The notes: a model not told the origin generated them from the sequence alone. 63,453 nucleotides of DNA, filler included, from Octopus bimaculoides (GCF_001194135.2; 5 parts of 5 records of this genome joined end to end with filler, not necessarily neighbours in it); one strand, 5' to 3'; shown: positions 39,231 through 51,373, counted from the whole stretch's first letter. Translations and numbers: made by a program.

Positions 39231-39333
39231 GACGGGATTCCTTCCGTTTCCGTCTACCAAATCCACTCACAAGGCTTTGGTCAGCCCGAGGCTATAGTAA
39301 GAGACACGTGCCCAAGGCGCCATGCAGTGGGAC
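38993..39333 (-). mobile_element. SINE family A copy
   Basis: Tail, microsatellite and core in reverse orientation. Confidence 0.85.
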
Positions 39334-39372
39334 TATACATACATGCATGCATCCATACATACATAATACATA

Positions 39373-39403
<31 letters not shown>

Positions 39404-39880
39404 CATACTTACATACATATATACATAAACGACGTGTGACGACAAAAGAGCTAGACTTCAGTATCGTTATCCCTAGATAGCTGTGTGTGCGTGTGTTCAT
39501 ATGTAATCTGTGTCTGTGATTCAGAAAGACAAAGATGCAAAGAGGGCAGAGAGAGAGAGAGAAAGAGAGGGAGAGGAGGAGGAAGAGAAAGGCAGCAAGA
39601 GAAAAGGAAAGAGGAATAGAAAGGAGAAGAGAGTGGGGAGAGAAAAGGGAGCAGTTGATGAAGAGAATCTCTTAAACGGTTGTTGAGAATGATTGGGGGA
39701 CAATCGAGTCTGTAAGTCTTCGTTGAAAGGAATACAGCGAAATTGGCCTGACAGCGAATTGGCGTGCATGGGGGGGNNNNNNNNNNGGGGAGGAGTTGGT
39801 GCATTATCAGCTCTGATTCTGCCAGAAGACAGATGAAATATGGTGAGGGGGTTAAATGAATGAATAAATGAAAGGCCCAA

Positions 39881-39911
<31 letters not shown>

Positions 39912-40324
39912 AATGGATGCCAATTGAATCGCAGTGGCACTTGAATGACATTAATTGTTCTGCTTGTTATTTTAGTGTATAAATATACACGTGTGTTTTT
40001 GGGGGTTGTTTTTGTTGTTTTGTCTCTGGTCAGCCTTGATCGAGAACATTCCACTCGTGACCATCCCGTGTTATTGTTAGCTGCAGTGCAACCCAAATCA
40101 ATAATAAACTGGGGTGTTCTTGTACTATTTTTCCTGTTTTCTTTTTTGTCTTTTTCTCGTGTACAGTGTCCATGAAATATAATTTGTTTTTATTTATTTA
40201 TTCATTCATTTATTTATTTATTTATTTATTTATTTTGCGGGACCGCTGACCTCAAATGTCCTTAGAATTTGTTCTTCACGTGCAGTTTTGAATTTTTTGT
40301 TGCTTATTGCTCCCTTTCTCCTTT

Positions 40325-40534
40325 TCTCTTTTACTTGTTTCAGTCATCTGACTGCGGCCATGCTGGAGCACCGCCTTTTAGTCGAGCAAATCGACCCCAG
40401 GACTTATTCTTTGTAAGCCTAGTACTTATTCTATCGGTCTCTTTTGCCGAACCGCTAAGTTACAGGGACGTAAACACACCAGCATCGGTTGTCAAGCGAT
40501 GTTGGGGGTACAAACACAGACACACAAACACACA

Positions 40535-40586
<52 letters not shown>

Positions 40587-40758
40587 CATACATATACATA
40601 TATACTACGGGCTTCTTTCAGTTTCCGTCTACCAAATCCACTCACAAGGCTTTGGTCGGCCCGAAGCTATAGTAGAAGACACTTGCCCAAGGTGCCACGC
40701 AATGGGACTGAACCCGAAACCATGAGGTTGGTAGGTAAGCTACTTACCACACAGCCAC
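40325..40758 (-). mobile_element. SINE family A, full-length, low divergence
   Basis: Complete reverse complement of the 29587-29981 structure. Confidence 0.9.
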
Positions 40759-41015
40759 ATATCTAAGTTTTTCATAACTACTTTGTTTAGATGCACTGGT
40801 TGGAAAACTGGTCCAGAATCCAACACACGACAAAATACTTTCAAACCGATCTTTGAGCTGTCATTGAGAAGACGCCATTAGTTTTCTTCATATTGACATC
40901 TGATCGCATTCATCAAACCTTAACCTCATGACAGTATCATCTTCTAATGGCGACAACTTTAAAAAAAATCCCTTTTCCTAAATCGATATAAACTAAATAT
41001 TGTTCCCAGAGTTAC

Positions 41016-41213
41016 CTGGTAACTTTGATTTGGCCCAAAGATCAATAATTCTGCCGAAGTGTTAAAAAGGACTATATCGCGTATGAAACGTTTAATTCGG
41101 ACTGAATCGTTTAATTCAGAAGTGTTTAGATACCCTTGTTTCAGCAGATTGCATATAAGTTTCACCCTTAATTCACTTTTCTTGTGGGCAACACTTAGGC
41201 TCCTCGATGACAT
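41016..41213 (-). CDS. Candidate coding exon (unidentified protein)
   Basis: ttag|ATG... 66 open codons (MSSRSLSVAHKKSELRVKLICNLLKQGYLN...LLIFGPNQSYQ), then donor CAG|gtaact. Confidence 0.3.
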
Positions 41214-42039
41214 CTAACTTATTAAATACAAGAGAAACAACTTCAGTACAATGAGAAACGGGTCATATGACTAAAAGCAAGCTAATTTATCTTCGATTAG
41301 ATCTTGCGGTTATGTCCAGAAATCTTAACAATACAAAGGTAGGAATCATTTATACGCTTCATAGGTTCTATTCAAATTTTTGGTCCAACAATACTCATTT
41401 GTCATTAATCATTTCAGGTTATTGGCACAAATTTGGCAGACGCAGTCCATGATTTGTCTTAATCATCCAATTTCACTCTAAAATGTGTGAAACATGCTCT
41501 TCTGAAAATGTGTAACAAGTTGTCATTACTTTACCGTTGCAAATAATGCAGAAAATATAACCTGATTCTTGGGCTGTGTCTGCCCCTTCTACAGCCATCT
41601 GTAGAAGTTATATTAGGTTATAGGTTTAACTTAGTTATGATAGACAACATAAGAATAAGAACGTAAACTTAGCTTTTGATAGATCTGAATGTGATATAAT
41701 GCAACCGTGTAATGCTGAAATAGGGAAGCATATGCCTGCATCCATCTTGTATACAAACCATCATTGGAAAACTATCCAAGAAAAATCAAATTTCAGACTG
41801 TCTCCTGCTTCCATAACTTTCCAAAGTTTACAGATTATTCATCATTGAAAGAGTTTAACTATTTTATAACTTCTTTCTGCTAATAATGGCTTCTAGATTT
41901 AGGCATAAGGCCTACAATTTTGAGGGCTCGGGGTTAGTCGATTCCACATGAAAGGCAAAGTTGATCCAGGTGGGAAATTGAACTCAGAACGTATAAAAAA
42001 TCAGAAGAAATCCCGACGCTCCAACGATTCTACCAGCTC

Positions 42040-42180
42040 GCCATCTCTTCTTTGCGGTTCGGCAAAAGAGGCCGATAGAATAGTTTAGGGGTCGATTCGT
42101 TCGACTAAAACCCTTCAAGGCGATGCTCCAGCATGACCGCATTCAAATGACTGAAACAAGCAAAAGAATAAAAGAATAAT
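42040..42180 (+). mobile_element. SINE family A 3' tail
   Basis: gcggttcggcaaaagag...gctccagcatgaccgcattcaaatgactgaaac. Confidence 0.8.
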
Positions 42181-42365
42181 TTGTATTAGAAAGTTAATCC
42201 AGAAAACTTTATCCTGTACTATATTATGTTTTGTGTTGATGTATATGTTTTCTTATAATTAGCCTTCTACCTTACAGACCTGTTCTCTGGTTCTTGGGCC
42301 TGTAATGTTGCAAGTAGACGGATGTAGCACATAAGCTTCGTAAAAAAAAAATAATCATTTGACTT

Positions 42366-42660
42366 TCACCTTAAAGATGTGTTGCGCAGATACCACTTCA
42401 AAGCTCATTGCGAACTCCTCTAATGATTTGTGCATAACTTCACGATTAGGGATGCAACGGCTTGTAGTCATTTTCCTATTCGTCCTGGCCCTTTAATTAT
42501 ATCCTTTGCAGTAAATTCTACTTGCTCTAAAACTCACTCTTGTTCTAAAAATCTCTGCTCCTCGTTAATAAATTTTGTTATCTGAGATCTACCAACTCAG
42601 CCACACCATTTTCTATGACTTCTTCAAAAACCTTACATCATTTGCCCGTCTCACAATACC
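42366..42660 (-). mobile_element. Decayed Tigger/pogo transposase C-terminal remnant
   Basis: Frameshifted translation GIVRRANDV/FEEVIENGVAELVD...EQVEFTAKDIIKG...PNREVMHKSLEEF resembles Tigger C-terminal motifs (recalled, not aligned). Confidence 0.45.
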
Positions 42661-42904
42661 TTCCTGAACGCAGTGTAGACCATCTACTGGCAGAAAAACT
42701 TAAAATGTCACAAATATGATAAGGCCATATGTTTTTTTTTTTGTTTTTTTTTTCATGCAGAAGAAATCACTGGAAACAAGAGTATACAGTATATAATATT
42801 TAGTCTTATGCTGAGAGAAGAAACAGAAAGAGTGTAGTTGAGACAAGCAAAGTGTAAAATTTCGGGCCTTGTGCCAAGAGTAGAAAAGAATATTTACAAT
42901 GGCT

Positions 42905-43330
42905 AATGCAGCGAGTTGGCTGAAACGTTAGCACGCCGGGCGAAATGCTTAACGGTATTTCGTCTGCTGCTACGTTCTGAGTTCAAATTCCGCCGAGGTC
43001 GACTTTGCCTTTCATCCTTTGGAAGTCGATAAATTAAGTACCAGTTACGCACTGGGGTCGATGTAATCGACTTAATCCTTTGTCTGTCCTTGTTTGTCCC
43101 TTCTATGTTTAGCCCCTTGTGGGCAATAAAGAAATAAGAAACGTTAGCAAGCCGGGCGAAATGCTTCGCGGTTTGCGTCTGTCTTTACGTTCTGAGTTCA
43201 AGCTCCGCCAAGGTCGACTTTGCCTTTCATACTTTCGGGGTCGATAAATTAAGTACCAGTTGGATACTGAGGTCAATCTAATCGACTGGCCCTCTCGCCA
43301 AACATTTTGGGTCTTGTGCCTAGACTAGGA
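42905..43330 (+). mobile_element. Tandem head-to-tail pair of SINE family B
   Basis: Two copies (about 42905-43135 and 43136-43330), each with ttctgagttcaa...gtcgactttgcctttcat...gtcgataaattaagtaccagt. Confidence 0.9.
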
Positions 43331-43624
43331 AAGAATTTTCAGCATAATTTCGTAAGTTTTAAAAGAACCAAATATCAGAAAAATATTATAGAAGTTCTTT
43401 ACACTGACATTTCAGAACAGTTAAAATGTCAAATCACAACTGTGGTGTGACGGTAGAAAGGGGAAAACAATAATCAAATACCTCGCGAAATATAGTTACG
43501 CTTCTCTGCATTTTCGGTGAAAAACTCTCCAAGGTTAAAAGTGGTACAATTCATCTTTTGATCAACGTTGACTTTTAGCATCCGAGGTTGGTGAAATGAA
43601 GTACCAGTCATGTACTGATGTATT

Positions 43625-44085
43625 TTACCTATTCCTTTTTACTTGTTTCAGTCATTAGACTGCAACCATGCTGGGGCACCGCCTTGAAGAATTTCAGTAG
43701 AATGAATCGACACAATATTTACTCTTTTAAGTTTTTTTACTTATTCTTTCTCTATCTTTAGCCGAACCGCTAAGTTACGGTTACGGAAAGTAAAAACACC
43801 AACACCAGTGGTCAAGCGATGGTGGTGGGGCGGACACAAGCACACACACATGTATGTATGTATGTATGTATGTATGTACGCATGTGTGTTTGTATATGTA
43901 TACATCGAAAAGGCCAAGCTTGTCTCATTCTGTGTCACGCTGAATCTCCATAAGAATTACGTTAAGGGTACACGCGTCTGTTGAGTACTCAGCCACTTGC
44001 ACGTTAATTTCACCACCAGGCTCTTCCGTTGATCGGATCAACTGGGACCCTCGTCTTCGCAACCGACGGAGAACCAGGATTCCTC
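43625..44085. mobile_element. SINE A tail (minus strand) followed by SINE C body (plus strand)
   Basis: Reverse A tail at 43625-43845; family C block at 43910-44085. Confidence 0.75.
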
Positions 44086-45254
44086 ATCCCAACAAATATC
44101 TGATGTTGTGCCTACGTTGAAGTAATGATTATCTTTCAATAACATTCTGACAGATAAACATCGACAGTAAATGAAAATCTAAAATAAGGGTTAGTATTCA
44201 CGATCGAAATACCGTTTGTATTTGTTATGTGCTGAGTGTGGATCTAATAATAAATTCAAATGATTGTATTCAAATCATATATGTATGTGTGCACATTTGT
44301 GTGTACCTGTGTGTGTATGTATGTATGTATGTATGCGCATGTGTATATGTATGTATCAAAATGGAATTTTTTCACAGACATTTTCTTTTTAAGTATTATA
44401 AACATTATATCAACCTTTCGATAGGTTNNNNNNNNNNNNNNNNNNNNNNNNNNNNNNNNNNNNNNNNNNNNNNNNNNNNNNNNNNNNNNNNNNNNNNNNN
44501 NNNNNNNNNNNNNNNNNNNNNNNNNNNNNNNNNNNNNNNNNNNNNNNNNNNNNNNNNNNNNNNNNNNNNNNNNNNNNNNNNNNNNNNNNNNNNNNNNNNN
44601 NNNNNNNNNNNNNNNNNNNNNNNNNNNNNNNNNNNNNNNNNNNNNNNNNNNNNNNNNNNNNNNNNNNNNNNNNNNNNNNNNNNNNNNNNNNNNNNNNNNN
44701 NNNNNNNNNNNNNNNNNNNNNNNNNNNNNNNNNNNNNNNNNNNNNNNNNNNNNNNNNNNNNNNNNNNNNNNNNNNNNNNNNNNNNNNNNNNNNNNNNNNN
44801 NNNNNNNNNNNNNNNNNNNNNNNNNNNNNNNNNNNNNNNNNNNNNNNNNNNNNNNNNNNNNNNNNNNNNNNNNNNNNNNNNNNNNNNNNNNNNNNNNNNN
44901 NNNNNNNNNNNNNNNNNNNNNNNNNNNNNNNNNNNNNNNNNNNNNNTGTGTGTGTGTGTTTGTGCTTCACATTGTTCCGCTTTGTTGCACGGATTTAATC
45001 ACAATCGGAAAGAAAGTGTTCATTTTATTTACAAAATTATTGATTTTTAACGCAGACACAAGACGAAAAATATGCGGGGAAGGATATAATCGTTTTAATT
45101 GACATCCAACACTTGGCTGTTACTAAGCTGATTTTATTAACGTCCATTCAACAAAATAAGGTACTGCCGGCTTCTCAATTCGGTATATAAAGGGATTTAT
45201 TTAAATGAGGCATTTCTGTCGGTTCTCTTCTGAATCTGCAAAGCACCTCTGTAT

Positions 45255-45473
45255 TATCTTCTACTTCTTTCACTCACTGGACTGCGGCCATGCTGGGGCT
45301 CCGTTTTGAAGTGTTTAGTCGGACATTGCTTCAGTATTCCAGCTCTTTGTTTTCTGTCCCTGAAACTTATTTTATGGGTCTCTTTTTGCTAAACCGCTAT
45401 GTTATGGGGATATAAACAAACCAAACATATTTTGTCAAGCGGTGGTGAGGAACAAACACAAAGACTATGTGTG

Positions 45474-45505
<32 letters not shown>

Positions 45506-46030
45506 TGTATGTATGTGTGTGTGTGTGTGTGCATGTATGTATGCATGCATAGATATATACCTGTGTGGTAAGAAGCTTGCTTCCCAACCATATGCGCGGC
45601 ACCTTGGGCAAATGTCTTCTACTATAGCCTCGGGCCCACCAAAGCCTTATAAGTGGATTTGGCAGATGGAAAGCCCGTCATATATATATATATNNNNNNN
45701 NNNNNNNNNNNNNNNNNNNNNNNNNNNNNNNNNNNNNTTAATTAATTAANNNNNNNNNNNNNNNNNNNNNNNNNNNNNNNNNNNNNNNNNNNNATATAAG
45801 TATATATGTATAAAGGTGTGTGTGTGTTTCTTTGTGTCTGTGTCTGTTTCTTTCCCAACACCGCTTGACAACCGGTGTTGGTATGTTTGCTACCCAGTAA
45901 CTTAGCGATTCGCTAAAAATAAACTGAGAGAATAAGTATCATGTTAAGAAAATTAATTTTGTGGTCGATTCATTCATGTGACTAAAATTCTTCAAGGTGG
46001 TGCCCCAGTATGACCGCAGTTTAATGACTG
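45255..46030. mobile_element. SINE A tail (minus strand) back-to-back with a gapped SINE A (plus strand)
   Basis: Reverse tail at 45255-45465, head at 45561-45680, tail at 45830-46030. Confidence 0.75.
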
Positions 46031-46569
46031 AAAAACGTAAATAAATAAAATATGAAAGATATATAACACGCGTGCGTGTGTGTGTGTGTGAGCGCGCGCG
46101 CATGCGTGCTCATACAAAGGCACTTATTTAAAAATGGAGCAAATGTCACCTAGGGATTCCACTTTGGGTTCCCTTTGCCCCTGTCCAGAACGAAATATTT
46201 TGAGCTGGTAGAGATATGCCGAAACAACGAGTAGTAAGCAAGTTATGGTCTTACTGAGATTCCATATGGGGGGCTTTTAGGCTAACTCCTTCTATAGAGC
46301 CTACACGATGGATACCAGAGGAGACAGTAGGCGGAAGGCGAAAATTTTGATTATGGAGGCAGAAGAGGTTAGTTCAATGAGACTGCAGATCAGGAAGTAT
46401 AAGACTAGGAAGATGCAGTGCTATGTGATGCAGTGCCAACTGGAGAAATTTGGGGACTTCATCAACCACTGGTTCGGTTGCCTGGGCGAAGGGTTCCGAT
46501 TGTTGAAAGATTTGAACGACTCAATGACTTCTAGGAAATATCACTGACGATGTGTCCAGATGCAGCGTT

Positions 46570-46707
46570 ACCACCGTCGTTATTATCATCGTCATCATCG
46601 TCATCGCTGTCTCATAGTCCTCGTCATCATCATCATCATCATCATCATTAACATCATCAAGATCGGTGTCGTCATCGTCATCATCATCGACTTCTTCTTT
46701 ATCACCG

Positions 46708-46777
<70 letters not shown>

Positions 46778-46873
46778 AAAGGAACGATGGAAAAGGATGA
46801 AAGAAATAAAGAAGGCAAGGAATAATGATAAGAAAGACAGTCAAACAGACAGACAGAAAGAAAGAAAGAAAAA

Positions 46874-46921
<48 letters not shown>

Positions 46922-46930
46922 AAAAAAGAG
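46570..46930. repeat. (CAT)n and (AAAG)n microsatellites
   Basis: Seen directly. Explains ORFs 46521-47177 and 46560-46949. Confidence 0.95.
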
Positions 46931-47415
46931 GGAAGGAATAATGACATGATAGGAATGGTGAAATACATGAAAAAGAATAAATAAAAGCGAAATTTGATGG
47001 AATGACACAATAGTAGAATAGAGACGGAGAAATGATTGCTTCTGAATTGAAGAAAGAATAATTGGTGAGTGAATGTGTAGAATTTCTTTGGTTTTGTTTA
47101 AGGAGTTGATGTGATGGGATTAATGACAGTGCAGAGGCTAGATATATATTTATGGACATAGGCAGACATACATACACAACCAGTATAACTGGAACACAAC
47201 CACGAATTTACATAGAATTGTGATGAACTACAACCTCGGAGATCATCATCAATCTAAACAATATTGTTAGCCTCGTTTACTAACGGAGAGATACAAAAGT
47301 ATTTTACCCGGATTGATAATCCCTCACTGATGATTGTTATATATACGACGGAAACTAGAATTTTGCATGGCCACAGTGAAGTGACCGAAACAAGTAAAAG
47401 AATGATAGAATTAAG

Positions 47416-47452
<37 letters not shown>

Positions 47453-48010
47453 TATATCCATACATATATGTACATACCTACATCTATATGTATACATAGA
47501 TGCATATGTGGGTACAGGACATCAAAAAAACGTCAACATAAAAACGAAAACATAGAAAACGAACTTTTTTTGAACAACGAAAAAAACAAACAGAGAAACG
47601 AGACATGCAACATAAAGAGTTTACAACTGACGAAGGGTTATACTCTTTATNNNNNNNNNNNNNNNNNNNNNNNNNNNNNNNNNNNNNNNNNNNNNNNNNN
47701 NNNNNNNNNNNNNNNNNNNNNNNNNNNNNNNNNNNNNNNNNNNNNNNNNNNNNNNNNNNNNNNNNNNNNNNNNNNNNNNNNNNNNNNNNNNNNNNNNNNN
47801 NNNNNNNNNNNNNNNNNNNNNNNNNNNNNNNNNNNNNNNNNNNNNNNNNNNNNNNNNNNNNNNNNNNNNNNNNNNNNNNNNNNNNNNNNNNNNNNNNNNN
47901 NNNNNNNNNNNNNNNNNNNNNNNNNNNNNNNNNNNNNNNNNNNNNNNNNNNNNNNNNNNNNNNNNNNNNNNNNNNNNNNNNNNNNNNNNNNNNNNNNNNN
48001 NNNNNNNNNT

Positions 48011-48700
48011 TCCACTGTTGGAAGCAGTCCTGGAAATCTTGCAAAGTGGTGCCTTTTAACGCCTCCGTCGTTTTCTCCTTCACCTCTTCAACATCTGCAA
48101 ATTCTGTAGCACAAGCTTTCGTCACCAGTGATAAACGTCGGAAAAGGGTCCGGGTCAACTTCCAACTTTTCTTTCAGTTCACAACACGCATTCAGTCGTG
48201 ACTGCTTTTCATCTTCCGTGAGCAAACGAGACGCAAATTTTCCTGCGACTCTTTTCATGCGCAATTCCTCCCTCAAAATTCGTTGGCAAGACCTCTAGAA
48301 CACACCAGTCATATCAAGAAGGTCGTCAATTGTTTGGTGACTGTCCTCTAAGATCAGTTCATGAATTTTTGTGATGTTTACATTCGTTCGGGAGGTGGAC
48401 GGTTACCCTGAACGAGATTGGTCTTCAAGCGACAAGTGACCATTCCTAGGGAGTGTAGACCTCTCGTAAACTTGTGTTGTGCTCATAACAGCGTCCTTGT
48501 AAGCAGTTTGAAGCATGACAACTGTTTCGGCCTCCGTTTTCCCCAGCAGAAAACAGAATTTCACGGAAGTATGTTGTTCCTTCATCTCGGCCATGGGTAA
48601 TATCGATGAACAGGCGAGAAGCACAACAAAACAAAGAACGACTCCACCGGACGATGCCGCATCAATTGGCTTCTAGCGATGGATGCCTGAACAGGCTTGT
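48011..48700 (-). mobile_element. Internally deleted mariner
   Basis: N-terminus MAEMKEQHTSVKFCFLLGK...EDQSRSG, then ...FITGDESLCY joined directly to C-terminal FADVEEVKEKTTEALKG...FQQW. Confidence 0.85.
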
Positions 48701-48704
48701 CCGA

Positions 48705-48820
48705 GGTGGCAGAAACGTTAGCACACCGGGTGAAGTGCTTAAGTGCTGAGCGGTATTTCGTCTGTCTTTACGTTCTGAGTTCAAATTTCGCCGAAGTCAA
48801 CTTTGCCTTTCATCCTTTCG
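48705..48820 (+). mobile_element. SINE family B 5' fragment
   Basis: gtggcagaaacgttagcac...ttctgagttcaaatttcgccgaagtcaactttgcctttcatcc. Confidence 0.85.
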
Positions 48821-48824
48821 GGAC

Positions 48825-49372
48825 GTATTTCTTCAGTTGTTGTGTGGTTATGTACCTTTAGTCATGTTTCCTGCCGATGCTCGTTCAGTTCGTGTGGTAC
48901 CCATTTGTCCAGTTTCTTTACCTCCCCGATTTGTTTCAGATGGTCCAATACAGTTAGAATCGAAACATCAAGCCTTGCTGCTAATTCACGCGTAGAGATG
49001 TATCTGCTTCCACTGCAGTTTCTAGCTCATCATTATCCATCTTGGTCTAGGTCTACCACGGGGCTGATTCTACGTACAGTGCGCTCATTCACCACATCTT
49101 CACAAACACCTCATTGATGTTTCGAGATGTCTGGGATGCATTAGTTCCACGGCGGAACTCATATGCATAAACAACACGAATTTTTTTTATCTATCTATGG
49201 ATTCACAAAAATTGATCTACAATTGAAAACTCACAATATAATCAGGCATCATGAATTGCATTTCGAAAAATGTTGTAAAACAAGGAATTGTCAGAATAAA
49301 ACATTAGAGTTAACGACTGTTAAACTTGGTGCATATGAACATCGGGCATTTCATTCTTAATTACTTGATATT
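48825..49372 (-). mobile_element. Mariner 5' half (related to the 11.7-12.9 kb copy)
   Basis: IRVVYAYEFRRGTNASQTSRNINEVF...DNDELETAVEAD..., followed in shifted frames by KKLDKWVPHELNEH. Confidence 0.8.
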
Positions 49373-49382
49373 ATTATCGTCC

Positions 49383-49545
49383 AAAGGCGGCAAGCAAAGT
49401 ACTTAGCGGCATTTCGTCCGTCTTTATGTTCTGAGTTCAAATTCCACTGAGGTCGACTTTGCTTTCATCCTTTTGGGGTCGATAAATTAAGTCTAATCGG
49501 CTGCCGCCCTCCCTAAAAATTTCGGGCTTTGTGCTTGTAGCAGAA
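49383..49545 (+). mobile_element. SINE family B copy
   Basis: cttagcggcatttcgtcc...gaggtcgactttgctttcatcc...gtcgataaattaag. Confidence 0.85.
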
Positions 49546-50558
49546 AAGATTATTGTTATCATCATTATTATTATTATTTTTGTAACCATTATAATTGTTT
49601 TCGTTTTACTCTATTCAACATTATCATATTGTGTAGTGTTGTATGGCAATAATGTATGTGTTTATCAATGTGTATGTGTGTGTGTGTTAATATGCGTACA
49701 CGTGTCAGTACGTGTGTGTCAATGTGTGTGAGTGCAAATGTGTGTTCATGTGTATCCGTGTGCATGTATGTCCGGGCGCATGTTTATCCGTGTGCATGAG
49801 TAACATTGTGTTTGTGTGTGCTAGTATATAGATATTGGCGTATATGTGTAACTGTATGTGCGTGTGTCAGTATATCTATGTATATCGATGCGTGTGGTGG
49901 TAATAAATTAACTCAAGTTTGGAGACACAATTGTCATAGAATAGACTGGACGGCATGGAGACTCAAAAGAAAGGGAAATTAATATTATAAAGGAAGTCTT
50001 TGGAAGTTTAATGAGCAGTTGCTTTCGAACGACCGTTTCTTTTCTACTTCTCCTTAATTCTATCTCCTAATCTGTCTAATTCTCTCTTCCTTTATATCTT
50101 TCTAATGCGTTTTTTCTGCCAAGTGGAACCCGTTAATACATCTTTTTCTATATCTACTTATTTGTTTATATCGTTGTTTTGATTATATCTTATCTATATA
50201 TCTCGGTTTTATTCTGATCTTGTGTATGTTTTATGTGTTCATGTTGTTATTTATATATCTTTTCTTATCGGTGTATTTGATTTACTGACACTAAGTATAT
50301 CTTCTCTCACAGTTGCTTAAGAGAACTGCTAGAATGCAGCAACTAACAAGATATATGTAGTTAGAAGGTTAAATGAAATGGTGAGGAAAAAATAGGGAGG
50401 TAATTGTTTAAAAAGTCACCTGAGGAGGCAAAATCTGCACCTGTGACACAAGGCTATTCATTGCACAGCATCTCACCTATGAGCTACAGGTGCGGTGTAA
50501 GTCGAAATAATAGTCGTTTTGAATAAAGAATATCATGAATATCATTTTCTGTCTCTGA

Positions 50559-50603
<45 letters not shown>

Positions 50604-51287
50604 NNNNNNNNNNNNNNNNNNNNNNNNNNNNNNNNNNNNNNNNNNNNNNNNNNNNNNNNNNNNNNNNNNNNNNNNNNNNNNNNNNNNNNNNNNNNNNNNN
50701 NNNNNNNNNNNNNNNNNNNNNNNNNNNNNNNNNNNNNNNNNNNNNNNNNNNNNNNNNNNNNNNNNNNNNNNNNNNNNNNNNNNNNNNNNNNNNNNNNNNN
50801 NNNNNNNNNNNNNNNNNNNNNNNNNNNNNNNNNNNNNNNNNNNNNNNNNNNNNNNNNNNNNNNNNNNNNNNNNNNNNNNNNNNNNNNNNNNNNNNNNNNN
50901 NNNNNNNNNNNNNNNNNNNNNNNNNNNNNNNNNNNNNNNNNNNNNNNNNNNNNNNNNNNNNNNNNNNNNNNNNNNNNNNNNNNNNNNNNNNNNNNNNNNN
51001 NNNNNNNNNNNNNNNNNNNNNNNNNNNNNNNNNNNNNNNNNNNNNNNNNNNNNNNNNNNNNNNNNNNNNNNNNNNNNNNNNNNNNNNNNNNNNNNNNNNN
51101 NNNNNNNNNNNNNNNNNNNNNNNNNNNNNNNTATATATATATATATATATATATTTACATATTTATATAGTTGAGATTCAGTTGCATTAGGTACTTAAGT
51201 TGAAGCACCAAGTCAGTGCAATATTATCAGTACAGCTCAAAGTAAGGTGAATAAAATCAAAATAAGCAACAGGATAACAAGAAATGA

Positions 51288-51373
51288 TGCAGCACGACCG
51301 TTTCAAGCGACTCCATTTAATTGAACAATGCAATCATTATATCAATTTAAATGCAGGGCAATCCTCAGCTGCA
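51288..51373 (-). ncRNA. Minimal type I hammerhead-like motif associated with a Penelope element
   Basis: Reverse complement is tgcag-CTGAGGA-[long stem II]-GAAA-C-ggtc-G-T-g-ctgca. Perfect 5-bp stem I, 11-bp inner stem II, and G at the cleavage position. Confidence 0.6.

Noticed and set aside
46308-46547. 79-aa ORF MDTRGDSRRK... in GC-richer sequence
   Set aside because: No recognisable domain or splice signals; probably a decayed retroelement fragment.
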